Assembly (NCBI GenBank): GCA_965228475.1
Contig: OZ245817.1
Coordinates: 1,152,001-1,216,000 of the forward strand
Direction: 5' to 3'
DNA length: 64,000 bases
Source of the DNA: Myxococcota bacterium
GTDB taxonomy: Bacteria; Myxococcota_A; UBA9160; JAFDDA01
The translations under genes and the position numbers were made by a program. Within the stretch, counting starts at the first letter, position 1, and every line of letters starts with the position of its first letter. Positions 31,099-44,829 of this stretch are shown here, piece by piece. The notes under the pieces were generated by a model that did no database searches, had not been told where the DNA came from, and was given only the letters and a program-made list of their open reading frames with translations.

Positions 31099-32046
31099 CT
31101 AGGCCGGTTCCGGCGCCGGCGGGATCAGCGCCGGGTCCGGCGCGGGCGGCGCCGAGGCGGCGTGCTCGCGCACGTCGAGCACGAGCGGCTCGATCTCCGC
31201 GGCGTGGGCGTCGAGCCAGGCGCGCGCGCCCATCCAGCGGAAGTCGCGCAGCAGCTTGCGGATCTTCTCCTCGGCGGTCGCGAGCCCGACGTAGTACTTG
31301 AAGCTCCGCAGGGCCGAGAGGTCCATGCGCGGCTGCTCGGTGTCGATCTCGCGCGGGTGCACGTAGACGTTCGACGGCCGGCCGGCGCGGTTCTCGAGCT
31401 GCGTCGCGAGCTTCTGGAAGGCGTACGGGAAGAGGCGCAGGTACCCGCCGCCGGCGAAGGGGATGCGGCGCCCGCCGAGCCCGATCGTCGACGAAGGGAT
31501 CTCGTCCATCAGGCCGCGCTCGCAGCGCAGGCGGTGCGGGCCGAGGTAGGGCGACGGGAAGCCGCCGTGGCTCGAGTAGCCCGGGCAGAGCGAAGAGTCG
31601 TACGTGTACCCGGCGTCCATCATCACGTCGAAGGTCCAGGCCTGGGCCGGCGTGATGGAGGCGCCAGGGGCGCGGAAGCCCACGACCTCGGTGCCCGAGA
31701 GATCTTCGAGCTGCTGCTTCGAGGTGCGCAGGTCCGCCGCCAGGGACTTTGCGTCGTGGCGGGGCAGCACCTCGTGCCAGTAGCTGTGGGAGGCGATCTC
31801 GTGGCCCGCGGCGGCGATGCGCCGGACCATCTCCGGCTGGCGCTTCGCGACCCAGCCGACGATGAAGAAGGTCGCCGTGACGCCGGCTTCGTCGAGCAGG
31901 CCGAGGATGCGGTCCGTGTTGCGCACGACGCGGACGTCGAGATCGTCCCAATCGTTGCGGGTGTAGCCGCCGTCGACTTCGAGGATGTGGAACCAGTCCT
32001 CCACGTCCACGGTCATGATGTTCGGAAAGCGCGCGTCGCTCGTCAT
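31099..32046 (-). CDS. Polysaccharide deacetylase, PEP-CTERM/XrtA-locus type (DUF3473)
   Basis: TVDVEDWF, ATFF.VGW, GHEIASHSYWH, GFRAP, GGGYLRL.PY, YVHP.E.D..QPR. Confidence 0.92.
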   Translation of the reverse strand: MTSDARFPNIMTVDVEDWFHILEVDGGYTRNDWDDLDVRVVRNTDRILGLLDEAGVTATFFIVGWVAKRQPEMVRRIAAAGHEIASHSYWHEVLPRHDAKSLAADLRTSKQQLEDLSGTEVVGFRAPGASITPAQAWTFDVMMDAGYTYDSSLCPGYSSHGGFPSPYLGPHRLRCERGLMDEIPSSTIGLGGRRIPFAGGGYLRLFPYAFQKLATQLENRAGRPSNVYVHPREIDTEQPRMDLSALRSFKYYVGLATAEEKIRKLLRDFRWMGARAWLDAHAAEIEPLVLDVREHAASAPPAPDPALIPPAPEPA

Positions 32047-32242
32047 GGGTTCCTTGGGAGGCTCGTCGCGGGGCTGGTCCGCCTCAACCGTCCGCTTCCA
32101 TCGGCCGAACAGGATACCGCCGAAAGGGCCGAGCGAACACGGGGTGGGGCCGCGCTTGGCGCACCGGCAGGCAGGCGGTAGCCTCCGCCGCCCGCGGCGC
32201 GCGGGCTCGGAAGGTACGCACGACTTGCCGCCTGGAGGGGTC

Positions 32243-33508
32243 TTGGAGAAAGCCGGAACGCTCGACATCCTCGTCGTGAGCCAGTTCTTCTCCCCGGAGA
32301 TGGGGGCGCCGGCGGCCCGCTTCCACGATTTCGGGAAGCTCCTCGTCGACCGCGGCCACCGCGTGACGGTCGTGACCGGCTTCCCGAACTCGCCTTCCGG
32401 TGTGGTTCCCGAGGCCTACCGCGGGAAGTTGCGTCAGGAGGAGTGGATCGACGGCATCCGCGTGCTGCGCGGCTGGCTCTACGCCTCCCCGAAGCTCTCG
32501 AAGATCACGAAGAGCCTCGGCTTCGGGAGCTTCGTGGCGAGTTCGTCGCTCTGGGCGCTGCTCGGCCGCTTCGACCCGGACGTCGTGATCGCCACCTCGC
32601 CGCCGCCCACCGTCGGCATCGCGGGCTTCCTGGCTTCGCGCCGGCTGCGCAAGCCGCTGCTCTTCGACGTCCGGGACATCTGGCCCGAGGCGATCGTGGC
32701 CTCGGGCCGCCTGAAGAGCGCGACCCTCGTCCGGACTCTCGAGGCCATCGAGCGGAAGATCTATGCCTCCTCGTCGGCCATCACGGTGGTGACCGAGGGC
32801 AAGCGCGAGCGGTTGATCGAGAAGGGCGTCGCGGAGTCGAAGCTCGAGGTCATCCCGAACGGCGTGGATCTCGCCCGTTTCGAGCAGGTCGACCCCGAGG
32901 GCGCGAAGATTCTCGCCGAGCACGGCGTCGACGCGGAGCGCTTCACGGTACTCTACGCGGGCATCTTCAACCCGCCCCAGGGGCTCGACATCCTGCTCGA
33001 CGCGGCGAAGGCCTTCGCGGCGGAGCCGCCGGCCAGGGGCCCGCGCCCGCAGTTCGTGCTCGTCGGCGGCGGGGCGGAGCGCGAGCGGCTCGTGGCGCGG
33101 GTTCGCGACGAAGGGCTCGCCGGCGAGGTCGTCTTCGTTCCCGAACAGCCGCGCGAGCGCATCCCCGGCTTCCTGCAGGCGGCCGACACCGTCGCGGTCA
33201 CGCTCCGGCCGCGCCGCGACACCCACACCGTCCCCTCGAAGATCTACGAAGCCATGGCGAGCGGGAACCCGATCCTGCTCTCGGCGGACGGCGCGCCGGC
33301 CGAGATCGTGCGGGCGTCCGAGGGGGGCCTCGCGAGCCCGGCGGGAGACTGCGAAGCGCTGTGCGCGAACGTGCGCCGTCTGCTCGAGGACCCGGCCGAA
33401 GCGGCGTCCCTCGGCGAACGCGCCCGGGCCTTCGCCGCCCACCACGACCGGCGTCACCTCGTCGACCGCTTCGAAGCGCTGCTCCTGCGGGTCGCCGGCC
33501 AGGCCTGA
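32243..33508 (+). CDS. Glycosyltransferase family 4 (WbuB-like)
   Basis: SQFFSPEMGAPAAR, V.TGFPN.P.G, DVRDIWPE, IPNGVD, PSKIYEAMA.G.P; TTG start after GGAGG. Confidence 0.92.
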   Translation: MEKAGTLDILVVSQFFSPEMGAPAARFHDFGKLLVDRGHRVTVVTGFPNSPSGVVPEAYRGKLRQEEWIDGIRVLRGWLYASPKLSKITKSLGFGSFVASSSLWALLGRFDPDVVIATSPPPTVGIAGFLASRRLRKPLLFDVRDIWPEAIVASGRLKSATLVRTLEAIERKIYASSSAITVVTEGKRERLIEKGVAESKLEVIPNGVDLARFEQVDPEGAKILAEHGVDAERFTVLYAGIFNPPQGLDILLDAAKAFAAEPPARGPRPQFVLVGGGAERERLVARVRDEGLAGEVVFVPEQPRERIPGFLQAADTVAVTLRPRRDTHTVPSKIYEAMASGNPILLSADGAPAEIVRASEGGLASPAGDCEALCANVRRLLEDPAEAASLGERARAFAAHHDRRHLVDRFEALLLRVAGQA

Positions 33509-33515
33509 CCGGCCG

Positions 33516-34742
33516 CTAGCCCTTCTCGCCCCGCACGAAGGCGAGGTACTTCCAGAGCGTGTTGATCGGGTACCCGACGAGCGTGCCCGGATCCTTCAGG
33601 GAGAGCACCGCGTAGTCCTTCTTGCGCGGGTCGACGACCGTGCGCAGGAAGTCCGGCCAGGAGAGGTCGCCGCTCTTCTTGAAGTGCCAGCCCGAGACGA
33701 GATCCCGAACGAGGAGCTGCCAGCGGACGTCGTCGTCCTGGCAGTTGCGGTGCACGGGGTTCGGCTGCCCGATGAGGTCGCAGTAGGCGTCCCAGAGCAC
33801 GTCGACGCCGGCGGCCCGGGTGAGCGAGTACCAGAGCGTCGGGCGCGGGTTCAGCTCGATGAGCTTCCACTTCGAATCCGCAGGGTCCCACTTGTACTCG
33901 GTGCCGCAGACGCCGCGGTAGCCGGCCTTGCGCACGAGCTCCGTCGAGATGCGGGCGATCTCCTCGTTCCAGCTCGCCTCCATGTAGGAGCCCGAGCCGA
34001 ACCACGGCGGGTATTGGCGCGTCTTGCAGGCGGTGAAGAGCGATCGCACCTCGAGCTCCGCGTCGACGTAGAGCGCTCCGACGAAGATGTTCGCTTCGGG
34101 CCCGACGATGACTTCCTGGAGCACCGAGTCCGTGCCCCAATCGTGGAGCTGCTGCCACCAGTGGACCAGCGAGTCGGCGTCGTTCACCTCGACGAGCTTC
34201 TGGCCGCCGAGCTGGCGCCGCACGAGGTGCGCGACTTCGGGCTTCACGATGGCCGGGTAGCGGATCTCGCGGGCCGCCTCGGCCGCCTCCTCGGCGTTGG
34301 CCGGGAAGTAGGTCTTCGGCATGTCGATGCCGAGCTGCTGGAAGTGCTCGTAGCAGCTTCGCTTGTTCACGAGCCGCGAGACGCCCTCGGGGCGCATGGA
34401 CTCCGGCAGGATGAAGTGCTCGCGCAGGGCTTCGTGGTGGTCGGCGACCCAGTCCATGTACGGGTCGCCGGCGATGAAGAGCACGGGCTTGGTGGCCTGA
34501 CCCCGGCCGAAGGCGAGCAGTTCCCGGAGGAGCGCCGGGCCGTGAGGCAGGTAGGCGAAGCGGGGGTCGCGCCGGAACCAGCGCGAGTAGTGGCCGATCT
34601 CGCGCCGCTCGGAATCGACGCCGTAGACGGCGACGCCGCGCGGTGCGAGGGAGCGCGCCACGGCGAGGCCGGTCGGCGAAACCGTGAGGACGACCGCGGC
34701 GGGCAGGTCCGCCCGGGCGGGAAGCGAAGATCCTTCGGACAT
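33516..34742 (-). CDS. ATP-grasp carboxylate-amine ligase (D-aspartate ligase-like)
   Basis: GLAVARSL, YPAIVKP, LQEVI.G, K.RQYP..FG.GS, EYKWD....WKLIELNPR. Confidence 0.82.
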   Translation of the reverse strand: MSEGSSLPARADLPAAVVLTVSPTGLAVARSLAPRGVAVYGVDSERREIGHYSRWFRRDPRFAYLPHGPALLRELLAFGRGQATKPVLFIAGDPYMDWVADHHEALREHFILPESMRPEGVSRLVNKRSCYEHFQQLGIDMPKTYFPANAEEAAEAAREIRYPAIVKPEVAHLVRRQLGGQKLVEVNDADSLVHWWQQLHDWGTDSVLQEVIVGPEANIFVGALYVDAELEVRSLFTACKTRQYPPWFGSGSYMEASWNEEIARISTELVRKAGYRGVCGTEYKWDPADSKWKLIELNPRPTLWYSLTRAAGVDVLWDAYCDLIGQPNPVHRNCQDDDVRWQLLVRDLVSGWHFKKSGDLSWPDFLRTVVDPRKKDYAVLSLKDPGTLVGYPINTLWKYLAFVRGEKG

Positions 34743-34761
34743 GGGAGCCGGAGTCTACCGG

Positions 34762-36204
<1,443 letters not shown>

Positions 36205-36208
36205 GCGG

Positions 36209-37387
36209 CTAGGACTCCTGCTTCGTCGGCTCGGCTTCGGCAGCGGCGTTTCTCGGCTCGGCTTCCGCAGCGTTTCCGGCGGGCGAGGCCGCCGGCAGTG
36301 TGAACCAGAATCGGGCGCCCCCGGCCTCGGAGTCGGTGACGCCGATCACGCCGCCGTGGGCCTCGACGACGCGGCGGCAGATTGCCAGGCCGAGCCCCAG
36401 GCCCCCGGCCTTGCTGCGTTCCCCGGCCCGGACGTAGCGCTCGAAGATCCGCTCCCGGTCCTCGGGGGCCACGCCGGGGCCGTCGTCGCTGACGCTGACC
36501 TCGACGAAAGCGGCGTCCTCGGGCCAGGCCCGGCAGCGGATGGCCAGGCTCCCCTCGGGGGGCGCGTACTTCGTGGCGTTCTCGAGCAGGTTCGTCAGCA
36601 CCTGTTCGACCCGCACCGGGTCGAACCGGGCGGGCGGGGTCTCGGCGTCGGTCGAGAGCACGGGGGCGAGGCCGGCCTCGTCGAGGATCGGCTTCAGGGA
36701 GGCGAGGACGCTCGCAATGGTGACCTCGACGGGCGCTTCCTTCACCTGGAGCGGCGCGTCGGTGCGGGCGTCGCGCGAGTCGACCAGCAGGTTCGAGATG
36801 AAGTTGTTGAGGCGGCGGCAGCTGCGAAGGCTCTCCTCGAGGAAGCCGCGCTGCTCTTCGTTCAGGCTTCCGACCCGTTCCGAGAGCAGGAGCCGCGCGT
36901 AGCCCGAGACCACCGTCACCGGCGTGCGCAGCTCGTGGCTCACGACGTTCAGGACTTCGTCGAGATCGGTGCGCTGGCGCGTGGCCCGCGCGCGCAGGGC
37001 TTCGAGCTCGAGGTTCGCATCGCGCAGGGCGCGGCCGAGGCCGAGCACTTCGCTCTCGAGCCCGCTCGCGCGCGAGAGGTCGCGGAAGATCCAGGTGGCG
37101 TCGCTCGGGTCGTCGCCGCAGTGGCAGAGGGCGCGCACGACCGTGCCGTGGGGCCCGATGCGCGTCTCGCCGTCGGGCTCGAGCGGAGGTTCGCCGTCGA
37201 GCACGAGGGACTCCGGCGTTCGCCCCACGAGCGACTCCGCGAGCACCCCCGCGAGTTCGCCCAGCCGTTCGTTCGCCCACAGGATCCGGCCGCCGCGCAC
37301 GACGGCCAGGCCGTCCGAGAGGGCGTCCGCGAGATCCGCGAGGCCTTCGAGGACGGCAGGCTCGCGCTTGTTCGGGGCTTCGGACAT
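36209..37387 (-). CDS. Cytoplasmic sensor histidine kinase
   Basis: SHELRTP, NLLENA.KY, DDGPG, GLGLGLAI; PAS-like N-terminus, no clear TM. Confidence 0.93.
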   Translation of the reverse strand: MSEAPNKREPAVLEGLADLADALSDGLAVVRGGRILWANERLGELAGVLAESLVGRTPESLVLDGEPPLEPDGETRIGPHGTVVRALCHCGDDPSDATWIFRDLSRASGLESEVLGLGRALRDANLELEALRARATRQRTDLDEVLNVVSHELRTPVTVVSGYARLLLSERVGSLNEEQRGFLEESLRSCRRLNNFISNLLVDSRDARTDAPLQVKEAPVEVTIASVLASLKPILDEAGLAPVLSTDAETPPARFDPVRVEQVLTNLLENATKYAPPEGSLAIRCRAWPEDAAFVEVSVSDDGPGVAPEDRERIFERYVRAGERSKAGGLGLGLAICRRVVEAHGGVIGVTDSEAGGARFWFTLPAASPAGNAAEAEPRNAAAEAEPTKQES

Positions 37388-37476
37388 GCTTCTCCGCGGG
37401 TCGGCCGAGTCCACTTCTGCGCCCTCTGGTATGTTCCCCCGAGCGGGAACGCGGTCGCAGGCGTGGGATTTTCAGA

Positions 37477-37530
37477 CTGCGCTCGTCGCAGTGGGTCGCG
37501 TTCTCAGGCTGCGCTCGTCGCAGTGGGTCG
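37477..37530. repeat. Two exact 22-bp direct repeats, each containing the palindrome CTGCG-N5-CGCAG
   Basis: CTGCGCTCGTCGCAGTGGGTCG at 37477-37498 and 37509-37530 (32-bp period), in the divergent kinase/ligA intergenic region. Confidence 0.85.
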
Positions 37531-37562
37531 GTTTCTCATCGCCGGACCCTGCGTGAACTTGA

Positions 37563-40783
<3,221 letters not shown>

Positions 40784-40917
40784 CGTGCGGGCACTCCTGG
40801 CGAATCGAACACGGTTCGGCGGGGCAGGCCGAGAGGGCGGTCCCGCGGGGGCCAGAGCCTACAGGATCGTCCGAATCCTCCAACCCCTTGAATTGCTTGC
40901 TTTTCCCCTCAATCGGT

Positions 40918-40994
40918 GGGAAAATTCCTTCCCCCAGGGAAGAATCTTTCCCTGGGTGGGAAGCCCGGTTCCCGCCAAGAGAAGAAAAACTCCC
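40918..40994. promoter_or_regulatory. Array of four GGGAA-N6-TTCCC palindromes (putative activator binding sites)
   Basis: Sites at 40918-40933, 40937-40952, 40958-40973 and degenerate GAGAA-N6-CTCCC at 40979-40994. Confidence 0.75.
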
Positions 40995-41181
40995 AATTTG
41001 GGTACTCAAGTCGTAACACGCGAAGGTTCGAAACGGGCACTACACCGGCGGACCCCGGGTTTGTGACGGCCGGTTGCGTATCGGCACTTTTCGGCCAGAT
41101 GGGGCCGGGCACGAACGAACGAGCAGCGCGAGGGCGTTGACCGAACGAGCTGCGCGAGGGCGTAGAGGAAGGCAGGTGCGG

Positions 41182-42609
41182 ATGGCAGGTCGCTGCCGCG
41201 TAATGGTGATCGACGACGACCCGGGCCTCCGGGAATACATGGAGGCCCTGATCACGCGTCAGGGTTACGACGTGGTCGCCGTCGGCGGGGGCGAAGAAGC
41301 GCTTCGCGTGCTCGACGACGCACGCCCGGACCTCATCACCCTCGACGTGATCCTGCCGGGGATGGACGGTCTCGAAACCCTCACGGAACTGAAACAGCGC
41401 GTGCCCAAGGTCCCGGTCATCATGATCTCGGGCCACGGCCAGGCGCGCACCATCGTCGAGGCCATGCGGCTCGGCGCGACGGACTTCCTGCGAAAACCCT
41501 TCGAGGCGGAGGAGCTCGAGCTGTCCTTCCAGAAGGCCCTCGAGAAGCGCGCCCTCAAGGCCGAGGTCGAAGAGCTCCGCAGCCGCGCGCGCACGGAATC
41601 CGAGATGCTGCTGCTCGCGGGGGACACGCCCAAGATGCGCGAGGTCCGCGACATCCTCGAGCAGGTCGCGGATACGGACATCACCGTGCTGATCCGCGGG
41701 CCGAGCGGGACCGGCAAGGAGGTCGTCGCGCGTTCGCTCTTCCAGCTCTCGACCCGGCGCGAGAAGCCCTTCGTCAAGGTGAACTGCGCGGCGCTGCCCT
41801 CGGAGCTCCTCGAGAGCGAGCTCTTCGGCTTCGAGAAGGGCGCCTTCACGGGTGCGCAGAAGCGGAAGCTCGGAAAGTTCGAGTACGCCAACGGCGGGAC
41901 CATTTTCCTGGACGAGATCAGCGAGATGCACCCGAGCCTCCAGGCGAAGCTCCTGCAGGTGCTCCAGGACGGCGAGTTCTCGCGCCTGGGCGGGCAGGGC
42001 GACGTCAAGGTCGACACGCGCATCCTCGCGGCCACCAATCGCGATCTCGAGCAGTCGGTGAAGGACGGGACCTTCCGGGAGGACCTCTACTACCGCCTGA
42101 ACGTGGTCACGGTCTCCATCCCGCCCCTGCGCGAGCGGACCGACGCGATTCCGCTGCTTTCGGACTACTTCCTGCACCGCTACGGGGAGCAGTACGGCAA
42201 GGACGCCAAGAGCCTCTCGAAGGAGGCCATGGACGTCTTCATGGAGTACGCCTGGCCTGGCAACGTCCGCGAACTCGAGAACATGGTGAAGCGGATCGTG
42301 GTGCTCGGCAGCGAGATGACCGTTCTCGACGAGATCAAGAACCGGAAAAACCCCGAGGACGACGTCGTGGGTTCCGACGAGTCGGACCCGATCGATCTCG
42401 GCGCGATCGGGGCCGAGATCGCCGACGGGAACGGAATCGACCTGAAAGCCATCTCTAAGAAGGCCGCCCAGGTCGCCGAAAAGAAGGTGATCGAACGCGT
42501 TCTGCAGCAGACCCGCTGGAATCGGAAGGAAGCGGCCGAGCGGTTACGGATCAGCTACAAGGCGCTGCTCTACAAAATGAAGGAGAACGGGCTCAGCGAA
42601 AGCGCCTGA
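41182..42609 (+). CDS. Sigma54-dependent response regulator heading the EPS export operon
   Basis: Receiver (IDDD, TLDVILP), GPSGTGKE, GAFTGA, WPGNVRELEN, HTH. Confidence 0.96.
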   Translation: MAGRCRVMVIDDDPGLREYMEALITRQGYDVVAVGGGEEALRVLDDARPDLITLDVILPGMDGLETLTELKQRVPKVPVIMISGHGQARTIVEAMRLGATDFLRKPFEAEELELSFQKALEKRALKAEVEELRSRARTESEMLLLAGDTPKMREVRDILEQVADTDITVLIRGPSGTGKEVVARSLFQLSTRREKPFVKVNCAALPSELLESELFGFEKGAFTGAQKRKLGKFEYANGGTIFLDEISEMHPSLQAKLLQVLQDGEFSRLGGQGDVKVDTRILAATNRDLEQSVKDGTFREDLYYRLNVVTVSIPPLRERTDAIPLLSDYFLHRYGEQYGKDAKSLSKEAMDVFMEYAWPGNVRELENMVKRIVVLGSEMTVLDEIKNRKNPEDDVVGSDESDPIDLGAIGAEIADGNGIDLKAISKKAAQVAEKKVIERVLQQTRWNRKEAAERLRISYKALLYKMKENGLSESA

Positions 42610-42628
42610 GCTCTGGAGGGAACTACGC

Positions 42629-43273
42629 ATGGCTTCGGTTCGGGGAGCACGAAAGATCGTTTTCGTCGCCGCTTGCACGGCGGTCGGGCTGTCACTGGGG
42701 GGTTGTGCCTACCTCCCGTCCTTCATGGGCGGGAGCTCGCGCTCCGTTTCGCCGCCGCCCGGGGACCCGGTCGCGCTCGACCGGGACAACTACGTGATCG
42801 GCGCCCAGGACCGGCTGAACATCGTCGTCTGGAAGAACCCGGAGCTCTCGACCACCGTGCCCGTCCGGCCGGACGGCCGAGTCTCCGTGCCGCTGGTCGA
42901 CGACGTCCAGGCCGCCGGCCTCACCACGGCGGAGCTGAAGCTCGTGCTGGCGGAGAAGCTCTCGGAGTTCGTGAAGAACCCCGAGGTCACCGTGATCGTC
43001 ACCGAGATCAACAGCAAGCGGATCTACCTGATGGGGGGGCTCGCGCGCCCCTCGGCCGTTCCGCTCACCCAGGACATGCGCGTGCTCGACGCGATCGCCC
43101 TCGCCGGTGGCTTCACCACCTTCGCCCGCAAGGGCGACGTCAAGGTGCTGCGGCGTGAGCCGGATGGCCTGAAGGAGTACCGCTTCGACTACGACGCCTT
43201 CCTCGATGGGCGCGCCGACATCGAGACCAACTTCCTCCTCCACCCCGGCGACACCATCGTCGTCCCGGACTAG
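42629..43273 (+). CDS. Short polysaccharide export (OPX/Wza-like) lipoprotein
   Basis: LGGC lipobox, YVIGAQD.L.I.VW, VRPDGRVSVPL, SLBB domain ending L.PGDTIVVP; no C-terminal OM helix. Confidence 0.92.
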   Translation: MASVRGARKIVFVAACTAVGLSLGGCAYLPSFMGGSSRSVSPPPGDPVALDRDNYVIGAQDRLNIVVWKNPELSTTVPVRPDGRVSVPLVDDVQAAGLTTAELKLVLAEKLSEFVKNPEVTVIVTEINSKRIYLMGGLARPSAVPLTQDMRVLDAIALAGGFTTFARKGDVKVLRREPDGLKEYRFDYDAFLDGRADIETNFLLHPGDTIVVPD

Positions 43274-43290
43274 GGCGGCGCCATCGTTCC

Positions 43291-44814
43291 ATGCGGAAGG
43301 CACTTCTGTTCACGACGATTCTTCTCGCCGCCATCGCCAGGCCCGTCCTCGGCGATACGGTCCAGTTCGGCATTCGGGCCCAGACCGAATTCGACATCGA
43401 GGACACCGAGAACGAATCGGACACGATCACGCAGGCGGGTCCGACGATTCGTTTCCAAGGGGATGGTCGGCGGTACACCTACGATTTGCGTCACGACTCG
43501 TCGTTCGAGAAGTACGCGCGGGACGAGCGGCGCAACGACTGGGAACACCGCACGAACTTCCGCGGTACCTGGGTTCCCACGTCGCGATGGAGTGCGACCT
43601 TCACGAACAACTTCAGCCGCCTCTCTTCGCTGCGATCCTCCGAGCAGGATCTGTCCGACGTCGATTCCGTGGTCGAGGCCGAGTTCGACTTCGAGACCGA
43701 GGCGATCACCACCAACAGCTTCACTGCCCAGCTCCAGGGGCAGCACACGCCGCGGTTTTCGACGGTGTCGACCCTGTCCCATTTCTACAGGGACCCGGAG
43801 AACGAAGGGGACGGGCGGCAGAAGATCGACTCCGTGACGCTCGTCAACTCGGGCTCGTACCAGGTCTTCAGCGATCACCGGTTTGGCATCGGCCACCGTT
43901 TCAGGTCGCTCGAATCGAGCACCGAGAGCTTCGAGCGAACCACGAGGACGAACGAGATCTTCTTCACCTGGAACTGGCAGATCGACGCTCGGACTTCCTT
44001 CTCCCTGCAAGCCGGCCCGGCCTTTGCCGAGGACGATCCTCAGGATCTCGACTTCCCCCAATTCGGAACCTTGCCCCAGGACAGCCGCTCCTTCGCCAAC
44101 CCGGATACGTGTCCCCCGGTGTTCCTGAGGAACGAGCTCGGGCAGGTCGAACGTTTCGCGATCCTGACGAGCTCGTGCAGGGCGGTCAATCAGGACCGGC
44201 TGACCCTGGCTCAGCGGGATCGGGTCCAGAGCTCCTCAGCGATCTTCCGGTTCGAGCGAGCTGATCTCGAGTCGGAGACGAACATCAACCCGTTCTTCAA
44301 TCTTTCCCTGACCCGGAACTTCGCCCGGGGGTCGGTGTTCGCGAGTTGGTCTCGGACCGATAGCCAGACTCAGAGCACCGGCTCGGAGACCATCCTCGAT
44401 ACGGTGAACGCGGGCGTTCGCTACCGGATCTCACCGCGCTGGAGCAGCTCGGTGACGTTCCGCTTCAGCCGCCGAACGACGGATTCCGACCGCGAGGTCC
44501 CTTTCGCCCTGTTGTCCTTCCAGGGGGATCCCAACGCTCTCGGCACAGGCCTGCTGGCGGCGCCGATCGTGGGCGCCGTGGACTTCGACCAAAGGCTCCT
44601 CTCCGAGGCCGACTTCTACGACCTCGAGTTCCGAACCAGCAGGGAGGTGGGCCGCTACTCCTCGGTCTTTTCTTCGCTCCGGCTTCGTCGCACGGCCTCC
44701 CATGTCGAGAGCGAATTCAACAACAGCGGGCTGACGTCGACACGGGAATCGAGTGAGAACGACTTCAGCATTCTCGTCGGTTTCAACTATCGCTTCCGCC
44801 CGATTCAGCTGTAG
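43291..44814 (+). CDS. Outer-membrane beta-barrel associated with polysaccharide export
   Basis: Signal peptide, alternating amphipathic strands, VGFNYRF near the C-terminus; located between OPX and PCP. Confidence 0.8.
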   Translation: MRKALLFTTILLAAIARPVLGDTVQFGIRAQTEFDIEDTENESDTITQAGPTIRFQGDGRRYTYDLRHDSSFEKYARDERRNDWEHRTNFRGTWVPTSRWSATFTNNFSRLSSLRSSEQDLSDVDSVVEAEFDFETEAITTNSFTAQLQGQHTPRFSTVSTLSHFYRDPENEGDGRQKIDSVTLVNSGSYQVFSDHRFGIGHRFRSLESSTESFERTTRTNEIFFTWNWQIDARTSFSLQAGPAFAEDDPQDLDFPQFGTLPQDSRSFANPDTCPPVFLRNELGQVERFAILTSSCRAVNQDRLTLAQRDRVQSSSAIFRFERADLESETNINPFFNLSLTRNFARGSVFASWSRTDSQTQSTGSETILDTVNAGVRYRISPRWSSSVTFRFSRRTTDSDREVPFALLSFQGDPNALGTGLLAAPIVGAVDFDQRLLSEADFYDLEFRTSREVGRYSSVFSSLRLRRTASHVESEFNNSGLTSTRESSENDFSILVGFNYRFRPIQL

Positions 44815-44829
44815 GCGCTGGAGACCATC

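Noticed and set aside
37477..37530. Possible mini-CRISPR array
   Set aside because: Only two 22-bp repeats with a 10-nt spacer and no cas genes
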